The position numbers and the translations under genes were made by a program. From the NCBI GenBank assembly GCA_965215605.1, contig OZ244070.1, positions 352,001 through 416,000 on the forward strand: DNA of 64,000 nt, given 5' to 3'. The notes under the pieces are model-generated. The model was not told the DNA's origin. It did no database searches and saw only the letters and a program-made list of their open reading frames with translations. Each line of letters starts with the position of its first letter. Position 1 is the first letter of the stretch. The DNA is from an uncultured Candidatus Binatia bacterium (GTDB lineage: Bacteria; Desulfobacterota; Binatia; UBA9968; JAJDTQ01). This document shows, in pieces, positions 9,116-18,100 of the stretch.

Positions 9116-10708
9116 ATGTCCAAGCCACGCATAGCGGTGTTTTCGGGCCCGCGGGCCACCATCGCCAACACGCCACCGCTCGTGACCAGCAACAAGGCCC
9201 GGGCGGCAGGCGAACGGCAATTGGACGGGCGGTTCGACCACCTCGTTCCGCAACGCCTGCACGAGCCGGTGCGGGTGCGCATCCAGAAGTTCAGCGCGCA
9301 CCCGCTGGAATCCGACGCCGCCGAGGTCTACCACGACGACGGGAAGCCGTACTACGAGGTGGAGTTGCGCCCGGAAGACGGCGCGTATCCGCTGCCCTAC
9401 ATGGCGCGGCGCGGCGACGGCTCCGAGGACGGCACGCCCTTCGAGGACAGCGACCAGCGTGACGCCAGCATCCGCTACGGCGGGAGACAGTCGTACTTCC
9501 CCGATGCGTCGCGGCTGTTCGAGGAGATCGACCGAGGGTTGAGCGGGCGCGGCCACGACGGCGCCGCCAGCGAGCTGGACCGGCTCGCCGAGTTCGACTT
9601 CGTGCGCGTGCTGCCCCCGTCAGGCTACACCAAACAGGGCGAGGTGGGCGGGCGCGACTTCTTCCCGTACAGTCCCAGGCCCCTGGGCAAGTTTCCGCCC
9701 AATGCGGCCATGGCCCGCGCGCTCAACATCGTCCAGCAAACCGTCGACTCGGGCCGCTACGACGGCTTCATCTGGCTGGAGGGCAGCCCGCACGTGGAGG
9801 AGACGCTCTACTGGCTGAGCGTCGTCGTGGACACGGACCTGCCCTTCGTGGGCATATCGTCACAGCGTCCCCACGGCGCGCTCGCCAACGACGGCGACCG
9901 CAACATCGTGGATGCGACGCGCTACATCGCGTCGGGCCTGGGCGCGGGCCTGGGCGCCGTCGGCATCGTCGACGAGCAGATCTTCGCGGCGCGGGCGTTC
10001 AAGAAGGGCGACGCCCGGCCGGGCGGCTACCGCGCCACGGGTGGACACGGCGGGGTGCTCGGCAGCGCGGGCCACGAGGTGCGCGTGTGGTTCCGCCCCG
10101 CCTACCGGACCACGGGCACGTCCGCACTGGCGGTGGCAAGCCTGCCCGCCGCGGTCACCTTTCAGGAATACGGCGACAGCCCCGGGACGGCGACCATCCC
10201 GATCAAGGATGCCGGCGGCTCGCTGCGCGGCGATGTCATCGCGCCGGTGCACGTGGTGAAGTACGGCCACTACATGGCAGAGGAAGACACCGCGGATCCG
10301 GAGGTGGAAGTGGATATCATGGCGCGCATCGAACGCGGGCTCGCGCAGGAAGCGTCTCCGGAACCCGGCGCGCCGAGGTTCCATGGCTTCGTATTGGAGG
10401 GGGCGGCGGGCACCGGCTCGGCGCTCCACAGCCAGATGGCAGCCCTCGCCGTCGCCGCCTGCAACGGCATGCCGGTGGTGCGGGTGAGCCGCGGCGACCC
10501 GGAGGGTGCCCTGCCCTCCAACCCCAACGATCTGACCATCGAAGGCAGCAACCTGGACGCCACCAAGGCGCGCGTGCTGCTGCGCGCGGCCATGCTGCGC
10601 CTGGGACGTTTGCCCAAGGCGCGGGACCCCCGCAAGCCGACGGCGCAAGAGCGTGAGGCGTTGCTCGCGGCGATTGCGCGCTACCAGGAGATATTCGACA
10701 CGCACTAG
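9116..10708 (+). CDS. Asparaginase-domain-containing protein (divergent)
   Basis: YDGFIWLEGSPHVEETLYWL, SSQRPH...DGDRN, GMPVVRVSRG, NLDATKARVLL resemble the asparaginase fold with altered active-site motifs. Confidence 0.72.
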   Translation: MSKPRIAVFSGPRATIANTPPLVTSNKARAAGERQLDGRFDHLVPQRLHEPVRVRIQKFSAHPLESDAAEVYHDDGKPYYEVELRPEDGAYPLPYMARRGDGSEDGTPFEDSDQRDASIRYGGRQSYFPDASRLFEEIDRGLSGRGHDGAASELDRLAEFDFVRVLPPSGYTKQGEVGGRDFFPYSPRPLGKFPPNAAMARALNIVQQTVDSGRYDGFIWLEGSPHVEETLYWLSVVVDTDLPFVGISSQRPHGALANDGDRNIVDATRYIASGLGAGLGAVGIVDEQIFAARAFKKGDARPGGYRATGGHGGVLGSAGHEVRVWFRPAYRTTGTSALAVASLPAAVTFQEYGDSPGTATIPIKDAGGSLRGDVIAPVHVVKYGHYMAEEDTADPEVEVDIMARIERGLAQEASPEPGAPRFHGFVLEGAAGTGSALHSQMAALAVAACNGMPVVRVSRGDPEGALPSNPNDLTIEGSNLDATKARVLLRAAMLRLGRLPKARDPRKPTAQEREALLAAIARYQEIFDTH

Positions 10709-10782
10709 CGCCCCACCGGGTTTGCATTGATAGTTCCACCACATCTCAATTATCATTTTCACCGAAACTCTAGTGTTCTCTT

Positions 10783-11304
10783 TTACCCCGGAGGCGCGCC
10801 GGCACCCGCGAGGATGTCCATGACCTCGGTGAAGCCGTACGACTCAGCCAACTCCAGAGGGGTGCGACCATACACCTTGTCGCGCGCATCCAGATCGGCG
10901 CCGGCGGCAAGCAGGACTCGAATGACCGCGGCGCGGCGTTCGGCGCAACGTTCCAAGTCTCGGTCCGAACAGACCGACCAATATCGGACAGCCTCGTGCA
11001 GTGCGGTGGCCTGAAACGGACAGCACCCGGGAACCCACTCACCGAACGCGTTCACGTCCGCGCCGGCGGCAAGCAGAGCTTCGATGACTTGGACAGTGCC
11101 ATTCCATACCGCGAGTTGCAGGACGGGAAATCCATCCATCCTGTCGTTCGGGTCTGCGCCGGCGGCAAGCAGGGCTTCGACGGCGCTGAGGTCCCCACGT
11201 TCGGCGGCATCGAACAACTCGCGGTCAGAGATACCAGGGTCACCACCAAGACTGGCAGGAGCCACGAAGACGAGCATAAGAACAATGGCGGCAAGAGCCT
11301 TCAT
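10783..11304 (-). CDS. Secreted ankyrin repeat protein
   Basis: Signal peptide MKALAAIVLMLVFVAPASLG; repeated LLAAGADPN/LLAAGADVN/LLAAGADLD and GRTPL; RBS GAAGGAG. Confidence 0.88.
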   Translation of the reverse strand: MKALAAIVLMLVFVAPASLGGDPGISDRELFDAAERGDLSAVEALLAAGADPNDRMDGFPVLQLAVWNGTVQVIEALLAAGADVNAFGEWVPGCCPFQATALHEAVRYWSVCSDRDLERCAERRAAVIRVLLAAGADLDARDKVYGRTPLELAESYGFTEVMDILAGAGAPPG

Positions 11305-11391
11305 GGAGTACTCTCCTTCTCCAAAGCGAACCACATCTATCCTTGTCGGCAAACGTCCCGCAAACTATAGTTGAGGCGCAGGAGGTTAACC

Positions 11392-12324
11392 ATGACCACC
11401 ACGCTCCGTTTCAGCGGCGCCATCCCGGCCAATCTGCTTCCCTTCAACGAGGACCTTTCCTTCGACGAGTTCAACTACCGGAGACATCTCTCATGGCTCG
11501 CGTCCGTGGACGGCGTCGACGCCATCGTGTGCAACGGTCACGCGGGCGAGGTGTCGTCGCTGGACCGGGAGGAACGGCGCCGGGCACTGGCCATCGCCGT
11601 CGACGAGGTGGGCGACCGGGTGGACCTCATCTCCGGCATCTACACGGACAACACCCTGGAAGCCGCCCAGCTCGCCAGGGACGCCAAGGCCGACGGCGCC
11701 GCCGGGCTGCTGATCTTTCCGCCGACGCTGTTCATGTGGGGCGCCCGGCTCCGGCCCGAGATGGCCGTCACCCACTTCGAGACCATCGCCGAAGCCACCG
11801 ACCTTCCGCTCATCGTGTTCGAGTATCCGCCCGCAAGCGGCATCGGCTACGCTCCCGAGACCCTGGCGCGTCTGGCGGAGATCGATCACGTGGTGGGGGT
11901 CAAGGACTGGAGCAACGACATGGTGGCCCTGGAGGCCAACCTGCGGGCGCTGCGCGGCACCGGCCGGCCCGTGGCCATGCTGAGCAGCTACACCATGTCC
12001 ATGTTCGCGAGCTACGTGCTGGGGGCCGACGGCTCCATCTCGGGAATGGGAAGCGTCACCGCGGACCTGCACGCCGACCTCTTCCGCGCGGTCCGGGACG
12101 GCGACCTGGAAGCCGGACGTCAACTCAACGACCGCTTGGCGCCGCTGGTGGAGGTGTTCTACGCGCCGCCCTTCGTGGACATGCACAACCGCATGAAGGA
12201 AGCGCTGGCAATGCTGGGACGCATCGACAAGGCGGTGGTGCGGCCGCCGCTGAAGCGCATCACGGACGAAGAGCGGGAGCGCATCCGCCGGGCGCTGCTC
12301 AAGTCGGGGCTGCTGCTACCGTAG
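11392..12324 (+). CDS. Dihydrodipicolinate synthase family aldolase
   Basis: NGHAGE, VVGVKDWS Schiff-base Lys region, RPPL C-terminus; RBS GGAGG. Confidence 0.88.
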   Translation: MTTTLRFSGAIPANLLPFNEDLSFDEFNYRRHLSWLASVDGVDAIVCNGHAGEVSSLDREERRRALAIAVDEVGDRVDLISGIYTDNTLEAAQLARDAKADGAAGLLIFPPTLFMWGARLRPEMAVTHFETIAEATDLPLIVFEYPPASGIGYAPETLARLAEIDHVVGVKDWSNDMVALEANLRALRGTGRPVAMLSSYTMSMFASYVLGADGSISGMGSVTADLHADLFRAVRDGDLEAGRQLNDRLAPLVEVFYAPPFVDMHNRMKEALAMLGRIDKAVVRPPLKRITDEERERIRRALLKSGLLLP

Positions 12325-12353
12325 AAATCCGGTGGACCTGCGGCTGACTCCGG

Positions 12354-12384
12354 CCCCCTCTTTGGGAGGGGTTTGGGGTGAGGG
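12354..12384. repeat. REP-like palindrome (CCCTCACCCC...CCCCTCCC type) between convergent genes
   Basis: CCCCTC-TTTGG-GAGGGG hairpin followed by TTTGGGGTGAGGG. Confidence 0.4.
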
Positions 12385-12390
12385 CACCGC

Positions 12391-13038
12391 CTACGACCAG
12401 CTATCCTGGTACACCCAGCGGTCGAGATTGTCGAAGAACTGGCGCCGCAACATGAGGCTCATCTCCACGGCGCGCACGATGCGGTCCTGGGTCTCGGGGT
12501 CGGTGGCGTACTTGACGAGCAGCTCGAAGGGATAGTTGCCGTGCTCTTCCTCGTCGTCGTGGATCTTCTGGTAGGGGCCGGTGACCCACTCGGGAACGGT
12601 GCCGGCCTCGAGGCTCTTGCCGATGAGGTAGTCGGCCACGCCCTCGCCGGCGAAGGGAAACGCGGCAATGCGCTCACAGGTACTGGTCAGCGCCTCGAAG
12701 CCGTTGAACATCGCCATCTGGGCGGGTAACGGCTTGTAATCGTAGGGCACCGCTCCCTTGCTCTTCAGGGCTTCGGAAAGATACTCGGCGTGGACGAATT
12801 CTTCGTAAATGGCTTCCGCCAGAATCGCCTTGACCTCGAGCTCCGGGGTGGTCTTGAGCCAAGTGCCGAAGACCTCGGCGGCGCGCACCTCGTTGAAGAG
12901 CCGGCTCTGCATCACCTTGATGCGCATCTCGTCGGTGGTAAGCGGGATGTAGCTGTAGGCAGGCAGGTTGTCGTCGAGGCCCTTGCAGAACTCGACCACC
13001 CGCGACTGTACCTTCTTGGCAAACTCGTGACTGTCCAT
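12391..13038 (-). CDS. Ferritin-like diiron domain protein
   Basis: Two ExxH motifs (EEFVH, EEEH) and additional Glu (FNE, GEG) in a helical protein; ATG at 13038 with GGAG RBS. Confidence 0.7.
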   Translation of the reverse strand: MDSHEFAKKVQSRVVEFCKGLDDNLPAYSYIPLTTDEMRIKVMQSRLFNEVRAAEVFGTWLKTTPELEVKAILAEAIYEEFVHAEYLSEALKSKGAVPYDYKPLPAQMAMFNGFEALTSTCERIAAFPFAGEGVADYLIGKSLEAGTVPEWVTGPYQKIHDDEEEHGNYPFELLVKYATDPETQDRIVRAVEMSLMLRRQFFDNLDRWVYQDSWS

Positions 13039-13172
13039 GAATGCTCCCTGTCCGGAACGCTCCGGCTCGGTTTGATTGCCGGAAATTGATAACAACCGAT
13101 AGGGCCAGCGTCAACCAAACCTCATGACGGCAGCGTCCGGGACAGGGGCCGCGGCGTCCTTCCGGCGTCCTG

Positions 13173-13331
13173 CTATTTCTTCAGGCCGAGGAACTTCTTG
13201 TATTGGTCCACGACTTGCGGCGGAGCCCCGGTCATGAGCTCGATGATACGGGCGACTTCCTTCCCCGAACACGGGGCGACCCTGATGCCCTGGCGCTTGG
13301 CTTCGCTGATGAACTTGGGGCTGGCCAAGGC
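13173..13331 (-). pseudogene. 3' remnant of a TctC/Bug tripartite tricarboxylate transporter binding protein
   Basis: Translates ALASPKFISEAKRQGIRVAPCSGKEVARIIELMTGAPPQVVDQYKKFLGLKK*, like Bug-family C-termini; in-frame TGA just upstream, rest of gene absent. Confidence 0.6.
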
Positions 13332-13340
13332 CGGTCAAGC

Positions 13341-13760
13341 TCAGAGAAGCTCTACGGAATTCTGTCGGCAGACATCCGCAAAGTCGGCGGGATTGAAGGT
13401 AAGGAGCGCGGCAACCGCTACGTTGGTGTCCTCGATGACGGAACGGAGCACGGCATCCACAAGGCTCAGCGGACGACCGCGACGGCCCAACTCAACGGTG
13501 GTTCGATAGGCGTCATCCCGATAAGGCGTGTCATCCAGCAGTTTCGTGTCAGGTTGCGTCACGACGGCATCGAATCTGGCCATGATCTCGCGTCGCCGAG
13601 CAAATCGGGTGTTGACAGCCTCGTACAACACCGGCCACGGCAGAACGATCGGCAACTCATCCAGCCACTCCCGTTTTCCTTGGGCGGCGGCATGGTGCAT
13701 GTCTCTCCCCTCATACAATGCAAAGAAGAATCCCGAATCAGGCAGTAACGCGCCCCTCAT
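13341..13760 (-). CDS. PIN domain (VapC-like) ribonuclease
   Basis: LLPDSGFFFAL, VLYE, SLVD, LLTFNPADF acidic PIN motifs. Confidence 0.88.
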   Translation of the reverse strand: MRGALLPDSGFFFALYEGRDMHHAAAQGKREWLDELPIVLPWPVLYEAVNTRFARRREIMARFDAVVTQPDTKLLDDTPYRDDAYRTTVELGRRGRPLSLVDAVLRSVIEDTNVAVAALLTFNPADFADVCRQNSVELL

Positions 13761-14071
13761 GCGACGTCACCGGCATCTTCTTCGTCGTCACCGTTGTTAC
13801 CGAATCCCTCCCACGGCGCACTCTTGCGCCGCCCGAACAGGTAACGCCCCCTGCGATCGTGGATGATGTAGATTCGGGAACGCTTATCGAGCGAAACCGC
13901 GGCCCGTATGTCCTCTTTCAGGGCCGTTGCAAGATCGCCATCATGCGCGTACTTCAGGAAAGCGACGCTGGAACCGCATTCCCTTGCATCGTGGCTATCG
14001 AGCCATGAGTACATCCCCTCGTAATCGCCGTTTACTCCCAAATCATAGCTGAGCCAAATGATGCTTTTCAT
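13757..14071 (-). CDS. Small protein with Cas2/VapD-like N-terminus and acidic tail
   Basis: IIWLSYDL...YSWLDSHDARECGSSVAF pattern; ATGA overlap with the PIN gene. Confidence 0.6.
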   Translation of the reverse strand: MKSIIWLSYDLGVNGDYEGMYSWLDSHDARECGSSVAFLKYAHDGDLATALKEDIRAAVSLDKRSRIYIIHDRRGRYLFGRRKSAPWEGFGNNGDDEEDAGDVA

Positions 14072-14131
14072 TTCCCGTCTCGGAAGCCGAATGAAGATCC
14101 TTGGGTAAGTGTATCCCCTCCGCCAGCGGGT

Positions 14132-14818
14132 TCAAGCGGGGGCTTTCGGCGTCCTCACTACCGCCACGAAGATCTGCGACTGCGGGCGGATCTGGACCGT
14201 GGACACCAGGGAGAACCCGGCTTCGGCCAGCAGCCACTTCCAGTCCTCGGCGGTGTACTTGTTGTGGAACGGGAACATGCGGAGCCAACCGGCGCGCTGG
14301 CCGTCCGGCGGCGCGCCACGGTGGCGGGGCCGGTCCTGGACGTACTGCGCCAGGGGCATGCGCACCCAGTCGTCGAGCAGGAACACGCCGCCGGGGCGAA
14401 GCACCCGTCGTACTTCCGCCAGCACCCCAAAGGGGTCGTCCAGGACGTGAAGCACCCCGGCCATGGAAACGAGGTCCACGCTGCCGGCGGCCAGCGGCAG
14501 CGGCTCCTTTTCGACGTCCTGCACCGTCAGGGCCGGCGGCGAGCCGTGGTAGCGCAACCCGCGGGCGTGCTCGATCATGGCCGCGCTGGCGTCGAAGCCG
14601 TAAAGGCGACTGTCCGGGTGGCGTTCGGAGAGGTCGCGCAGGTACAAGCCCGGACCGCAGCCCAAGTCCGCGATGGCGGGCTCGGCCGGAAGGTGCCGCC
14701 CGACGTTCGCCTTGAACACGGACCAGTACTGGTCGTTGAAGCGTCGCGGATAACGCTCCACCATGCGCTCGACGAACTCCGCGTCGGACGCGCCGCTGAT
14801 CTCCTGTTGGGTCGGCAT
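14132..14818 (-). CDS. Class I SAM-dependent methyltransferase
   Basis: ADLGCGPG motif I, GFDASAAM, EVRRVLRPGG; true start MPTQQ at 14818 within the longer 608-aa ORF. Confidence 0.88.
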   Translation of the reverse strand: MPTQQEISGASDAEFVERMVERYPRRFNDQYWSVFKANVGRHLPAEPAIADLGCGPGLYLRDLSERHPDSRLYGFDASAAMIEHARGLRYHGSPPALTVQDVEKEPLPLAAGSVDLVSMAGVLHVLDDPFGVLAEVRRVLRPGGVFLLDDWVRMPLAQYVQDRPRHRGAPPDGQRAGWLRMFPFHNKYTAEDWKWLLAEAGFSLVSTVQIRPQSQIFVAVVRTPKAPA

Positions 14819-14865
14819 GGATGGTCGCAGGTTCGGGAACGCCGCCCTCGCGGCGTCCTTCCGTC

Positions 14866-15837
14866 TCAGGAGTCCAGCGTCGATTCCACGAACAGCTCGT
14901 CCACCGCCACGGCCTTGTCCATGAGCCCCTGGTCGTGGGAGTAGCCCATGAAGCGCTCCAGGTTGGCGCGGTTGCGCTTCAGGCCGTAGGGCCAGTAGTC
15001 CTGGCCCAGAGCCTCTCTTTCCTCTTCGTAGAGGTGCCGGGTCCACACCAGGCTCGACCAGTTGGGATCCGCGTAATACTCGAAGCAGGCCGCCTTGGCG
15101 TTCTCGAAGGCGTCCATGACGCTTTGCACGGCGAACGGATACTTCTCCAGCACCTCGTTCTTGAAGGCGACCACGTGCATGATGGGGTAGAAGCCGTTCT
15201 TGCGGTAGTACTTGAGCTCTTCGCCGCGGGGGTCGCGGAACAGGCGGCGGATCTTGTCCGAGCCGTCCACCACCTCGTCCGGCGGATGAGGCATCATCAG
15301 GGCGTCGATCTCGCCCCGCTCCAGCATGGCGCCGATGCTCTCGCCCTTCTCGAGGTAGCGGATGCTCACCCCTTCGGCCGTGATGGGCAGCGCCTCGGGC
15401 CGGTCGATGACCCAGTTGATCTCCCGCCAGGACACGTCGTACTCGCTCTGCAGGTCGCCCTTGGCCAGCACGGAGAGGGTCGTCTGGAACGTGCTCAGAC
15501 CCACGGTCCGGCCGACGAGGTCCTTGGGCGACTCGATGCCCGCGTCCACGTTGACCCACATCTGAGACAGGCTGAAAAGCCGCCGCGGGAACACCGGGAT
15601 GGCCTTGATGGGCATGTCGCGGCTCTGGGAGATGAGATACGAAGACAGCGACAGTTCGCCGATGTCGAACTCGCCCTGGAGCATGCGCTCGTGGCGCCGG
15701 GAACCGTGCCTCAGCGGGTGGGATTGGCCGACCTCCAGCACTTCGAGGTCCAGGCCCTCCGCGGTCACGCTTCCGTCCAGCAGCGGCACGTGCCTGTCGT
15801 AGTGGGACACGGCCATGGTCAGCTTGGGATCCGGCAT
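14866..15837 (-). CDS. 4,5-dihydroxyphthalate decarboxylase-like / PBP2 substrate-binding family protein
   Basis: YDRHVPLLDG, EFDIGELSLSSY, IPVFPRR, YPIMH, WPYGL. Confidence 0.82.
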   Translation of the reverse strand: MPDPKLTMAVSHYDRHVPLLDGSVTAEGLDLEVLEVGQSHPLRHGSRRHERMLQGEFDIGELSLSSYLISQSRDMPIKAIPVFPRRLFSLSQMWVNVDAGIESPKDLVGRTVGLSTFQTTLSVLAKGDLQSEYDVSWREINWVIDRPEALPITAEGVSIRYLEKGESIGAMLERGEIDALMMPHPPDEVVDGSDKIRRLFRDPRGEELKYYRKNGFYPIMHVVAFKNEVLEKYPFAVQSVMDAFENAKAACFEYYADPNWSSLVWTRHLYEEEREALGQDYWPYGLKRNRANLERFMGYSHDQGLMDKAVAVDELFVESTLDS

Positions 15838-15956
15838 GTGATCGTCGCTCCTTCCTCGCAAGGGTTGCACCGTGAATTGAAACGAGACTATACACTACCC
15901 CTATCGGCACAGCCAAACCTGACCGGCGCCCACCGCCGCACAGAGGAGGGACGGAC

Positions 15957-16745
15957 ATGGCCAGAATTCGCTACGTGGCCACCTTGAGCCGCGACCCCGA
16001 CGCACTGGCGGGCTTCTACACTCAATACATGGGGATGAAAGAATTGGGCCGCTCGCCGGAGGGCGACGTTTCCCTCACCGAAGGCCTCTACAACCTCACC
16101 CTGTTCCGCAAGCGGCAATCCCTGGGCGAGTTCCACATGCGCCGCGGACTGCATCACATCGGCCTCCAGGTGGAGGAACTCGGCGAGGTCCGGGCGCGCT
16201 ACCAGAGGTTCAACCCCAGGGGCGTGGTGGTGACCGAACCCGGGGGTCTGCACCACGGCGCCATCCGCATCTTCGATCCCGAGTGCAATCCGGTGACGCT
16301 GTCGGAAGGGAGCTTCGGCGTGGAGGAGGAAGGCGGGTACCCGCGCATCGCCCACGTCGCCTTCAACGCCTTGGACCCCGAGGTGATGCTCAACTTCTAC
16401 GTCCAGGTGCTGGGGCTCCGGGAGGTGGAAAGCAGTTACAAGCGGCGGCGCAGCGGCCTGCTCAACCGTTTCGCGGGCGACGGCTCCACCAACCTGGCCA
16501 TCCACCCGTTCTTCAACTCCACCGTGGGCCACGAACGCCGCTTCGGCGTGAACCACATCGGCTTCCTCGTAGACGATCTGGCCCGTAAGCTCGACGACCT
16601 GGGGAGCGTGGTGGCGGTCAAGGCGCGGCCGCCGGACCGGCCCTACGCCGAGTTCCGCTTCCGGGACCCGGAGGGGAACGCACTGGACCTGTCCCAGAAC
16701 AAGGGATGGGAGGTAGACATCGACAAGTGGGAACGGGCCGCCTGA
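15957..16745 (+). CDS. VOC (glyoxalase/extradiol dioxygenase) family protein, two domains
   Basis: GLHHIGLQV...DPECNPV and GVNHIGFLV...DPEGNALD. Confidence 0.85.
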   Translation: MARIRYVATLSRDPDALAGFYTQYMGMKELGRSPEGDVSLTEGLYNLTLFRKRQSLGEFHMRRGLHHIGLQVEELGEVRARYQRFNPRGVVVTEPGGLHHGAIRIFDPECNPVTLSEGSFGVEEEGGYPRIAHVAFNALDPEVMLNFYVQVLGLREVESSYKRRRSGLLNRFAGDGSTNLAIHPFFNSTVGHERRFGVNHIGFLVDDLARKLDDLGSVVAVKARPPDRPYAEFRFRDPEGNALDLSQNKGWEVDIDKWERAA

Positions 16746-16819
16746 CAAATGATTCTACAAAGGCCGTTGCGCCGCAAATTGATGATAAACAAACGCCTTT
16801 TCTGAAAAAGGAGAACGAA

Positions 16820-17248
16820 ATGGCCATCGAAGTCATGGATCTGATGGACAAGGGGCGCAAGGACCTCAAGCGCGAGGTGGTGTTGAACACCAAGCGCTTC
16901 CACACCTGGGTGCACGTCTATCCCGAGCCCGGCGACCGGGACGACATGCACTGCCACAACGCCGACCAGAGCTTCTACCTCATGGAGGGCGAGTGCACCA
17001 TGCACTTTCCGGACGGTGGCAAGGCCGTGATGACGCCGGGCATGGTGGCGCTCATCCACGGCGGCGACTTCTACCAGCTCGAGAACACGGGCGCCGGCCC
17101 GATGATCCTCATGGGCAACCGCTCGGGGCCGTCCGAGGACATCAAGCACATCAACTACGAGCTGCGCAAGGACATCAAGGAGTTGCCCAAGGAAGACCGG
17201 CAACGCATCGGCAAGGGCGGCCCGGTATACGTCACCAAGGCCGGCTAG
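16820..17248 (+). CDS. Cupin domain protein
   Basis: MHCHNADQSFYLMEGE cupin motif 1, YQLENTG motif 2; RBS AAGGAG. Confidence 0.85.
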   Translation: MAIEVMDLMDKGRKDLKREVVLNTKRFHTWVHVYPEPGDRDDMHCHNADQSFYLMEGECTMHFPDGGKAVMTPGMVALIHGGDFYQLENTGAGPMILMGNRSGPSEDIKHINYELRKDIKELPKEDRQRIGKGGPVYVTKAG

Positions 17249-17250
17249 AC

Positions 17251-18045
17251 GTGGCTCTCGACTATCTTCCCATTCTGGCGGAAAACGCGGCCCCCAGGCC
17301 GCCGCGCAAGCTGTACCGCGCACCCCGCATCGGGTGGCAGCCCCTTGCGCGACCGCTGAACGAGATGCGCGTGAGCCTCGTGACAAGCGCGGCCATCCGC
17401 CAGCCCCGCCAGCGTGCCTTCACCGCGGGAGGCGACGCGAGCCACCGCCGCATCGGCGCGGACCCGGGCATCGAGGTCACCGTCGACCATCACTCTCCTG
17501 TCGGCAAGGACGTGCGCAGGGATGCCGAAGTGGTCTTCCCCCGGCGGGCGTTGCGGGAGCTGGCGCGAAAGGGGGTGATCGGCAGCGTGGCTCCGGCTCA
17601 CTTCTCTATCTACGGCGGCATCGGCGACCACGCCGCCATCACCGAAGGGCTCGCGCCCGAGTTGGCGCGGAAGCTCGCGGCCATGCGGGTGGACCTGGCG
17701 TTGATGGTCCCCTACTGACCCTACTGCCACGAGACCGTGAGTCTCGTCGCCAACCTGCTGGAGGCTTCCGGCATACCCACGCTCCTGATCGGCACCGTGC
17801 GCGACATCGTGGAGCGGGTCAAGCCCCCGAGAGCGGTGTGCGTGGACAATCCCGTGGGGCGCACGTTCGGACGGCCGCGGGCGGGGCGCCGGCATGAAGC
17901 GCTGTTGGCCGAAGCCCTTGGGCACACTCCCGCGTTCAAGCGCAAGGGGCGGATCATCGACCTCCCGGGAAACTGGACCGACCGTCCCGGCGCCTCATGG
18001 CCGGACATGGTGCGGCGGGAGATCCTGCGGCTGAAACGACGGTGA
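17251..18045 (+). CDS. Glycine/sarcosine/betaine/D-proline reductase selenoprotein B-like protein (Sec at TGA 17716-17718)
   Basis: Reading through TGA gives ...SLVTSAA...DAEVVFP...LMVPY-U-PYCHETVSLVANLLEASGIPT...PPRA, a UxxC GrdB/PrdB-type motif; both halves are in one frame; hairpin right after the UGA. Confidence 0.85.
17726..17750 (+). promoter_or_regulatory. Putative bacterial SECIS element
   Basis: ACGAGAC-CGTGA-GTCTCGT 7-bp stem plus GC/GC extension; loop begins 17 nt after the UGA with G at loop position 2. Confidence 0.72.
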
Positions 18046-18100
18046 GATTCCTTTGTCGGCGGGACCAGGCACCGCGCCCCGAACCCCGCCCTGCCCCGCA

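Noticed and set aside
10728-10755. Fur-box-like inverted repeat TGATAGTT-N12-AATTATCA
   Set aside because: Spacing does not fit a Fur box, and it lies between convergent gene ends
13757-14071. CRISPR-Cas locus suggested by the Cas2-like protein
   Set aside because: No repeat-spacer array or other cas genes were seen in the window
14132-15958. 608-aa ORF as one protein
   Set aside because: Only the last 228 aa are a methyltransferase; the rest is an off-frame overlap of the real gene at 14866-15837
17716-17718. Nonsense pseudogene or two separate genes at the TGA
   Set aside because: The TGA falls at the U of a UxxC motif and is followed by a SECIS-like hairpin, so recoding is the better explanation
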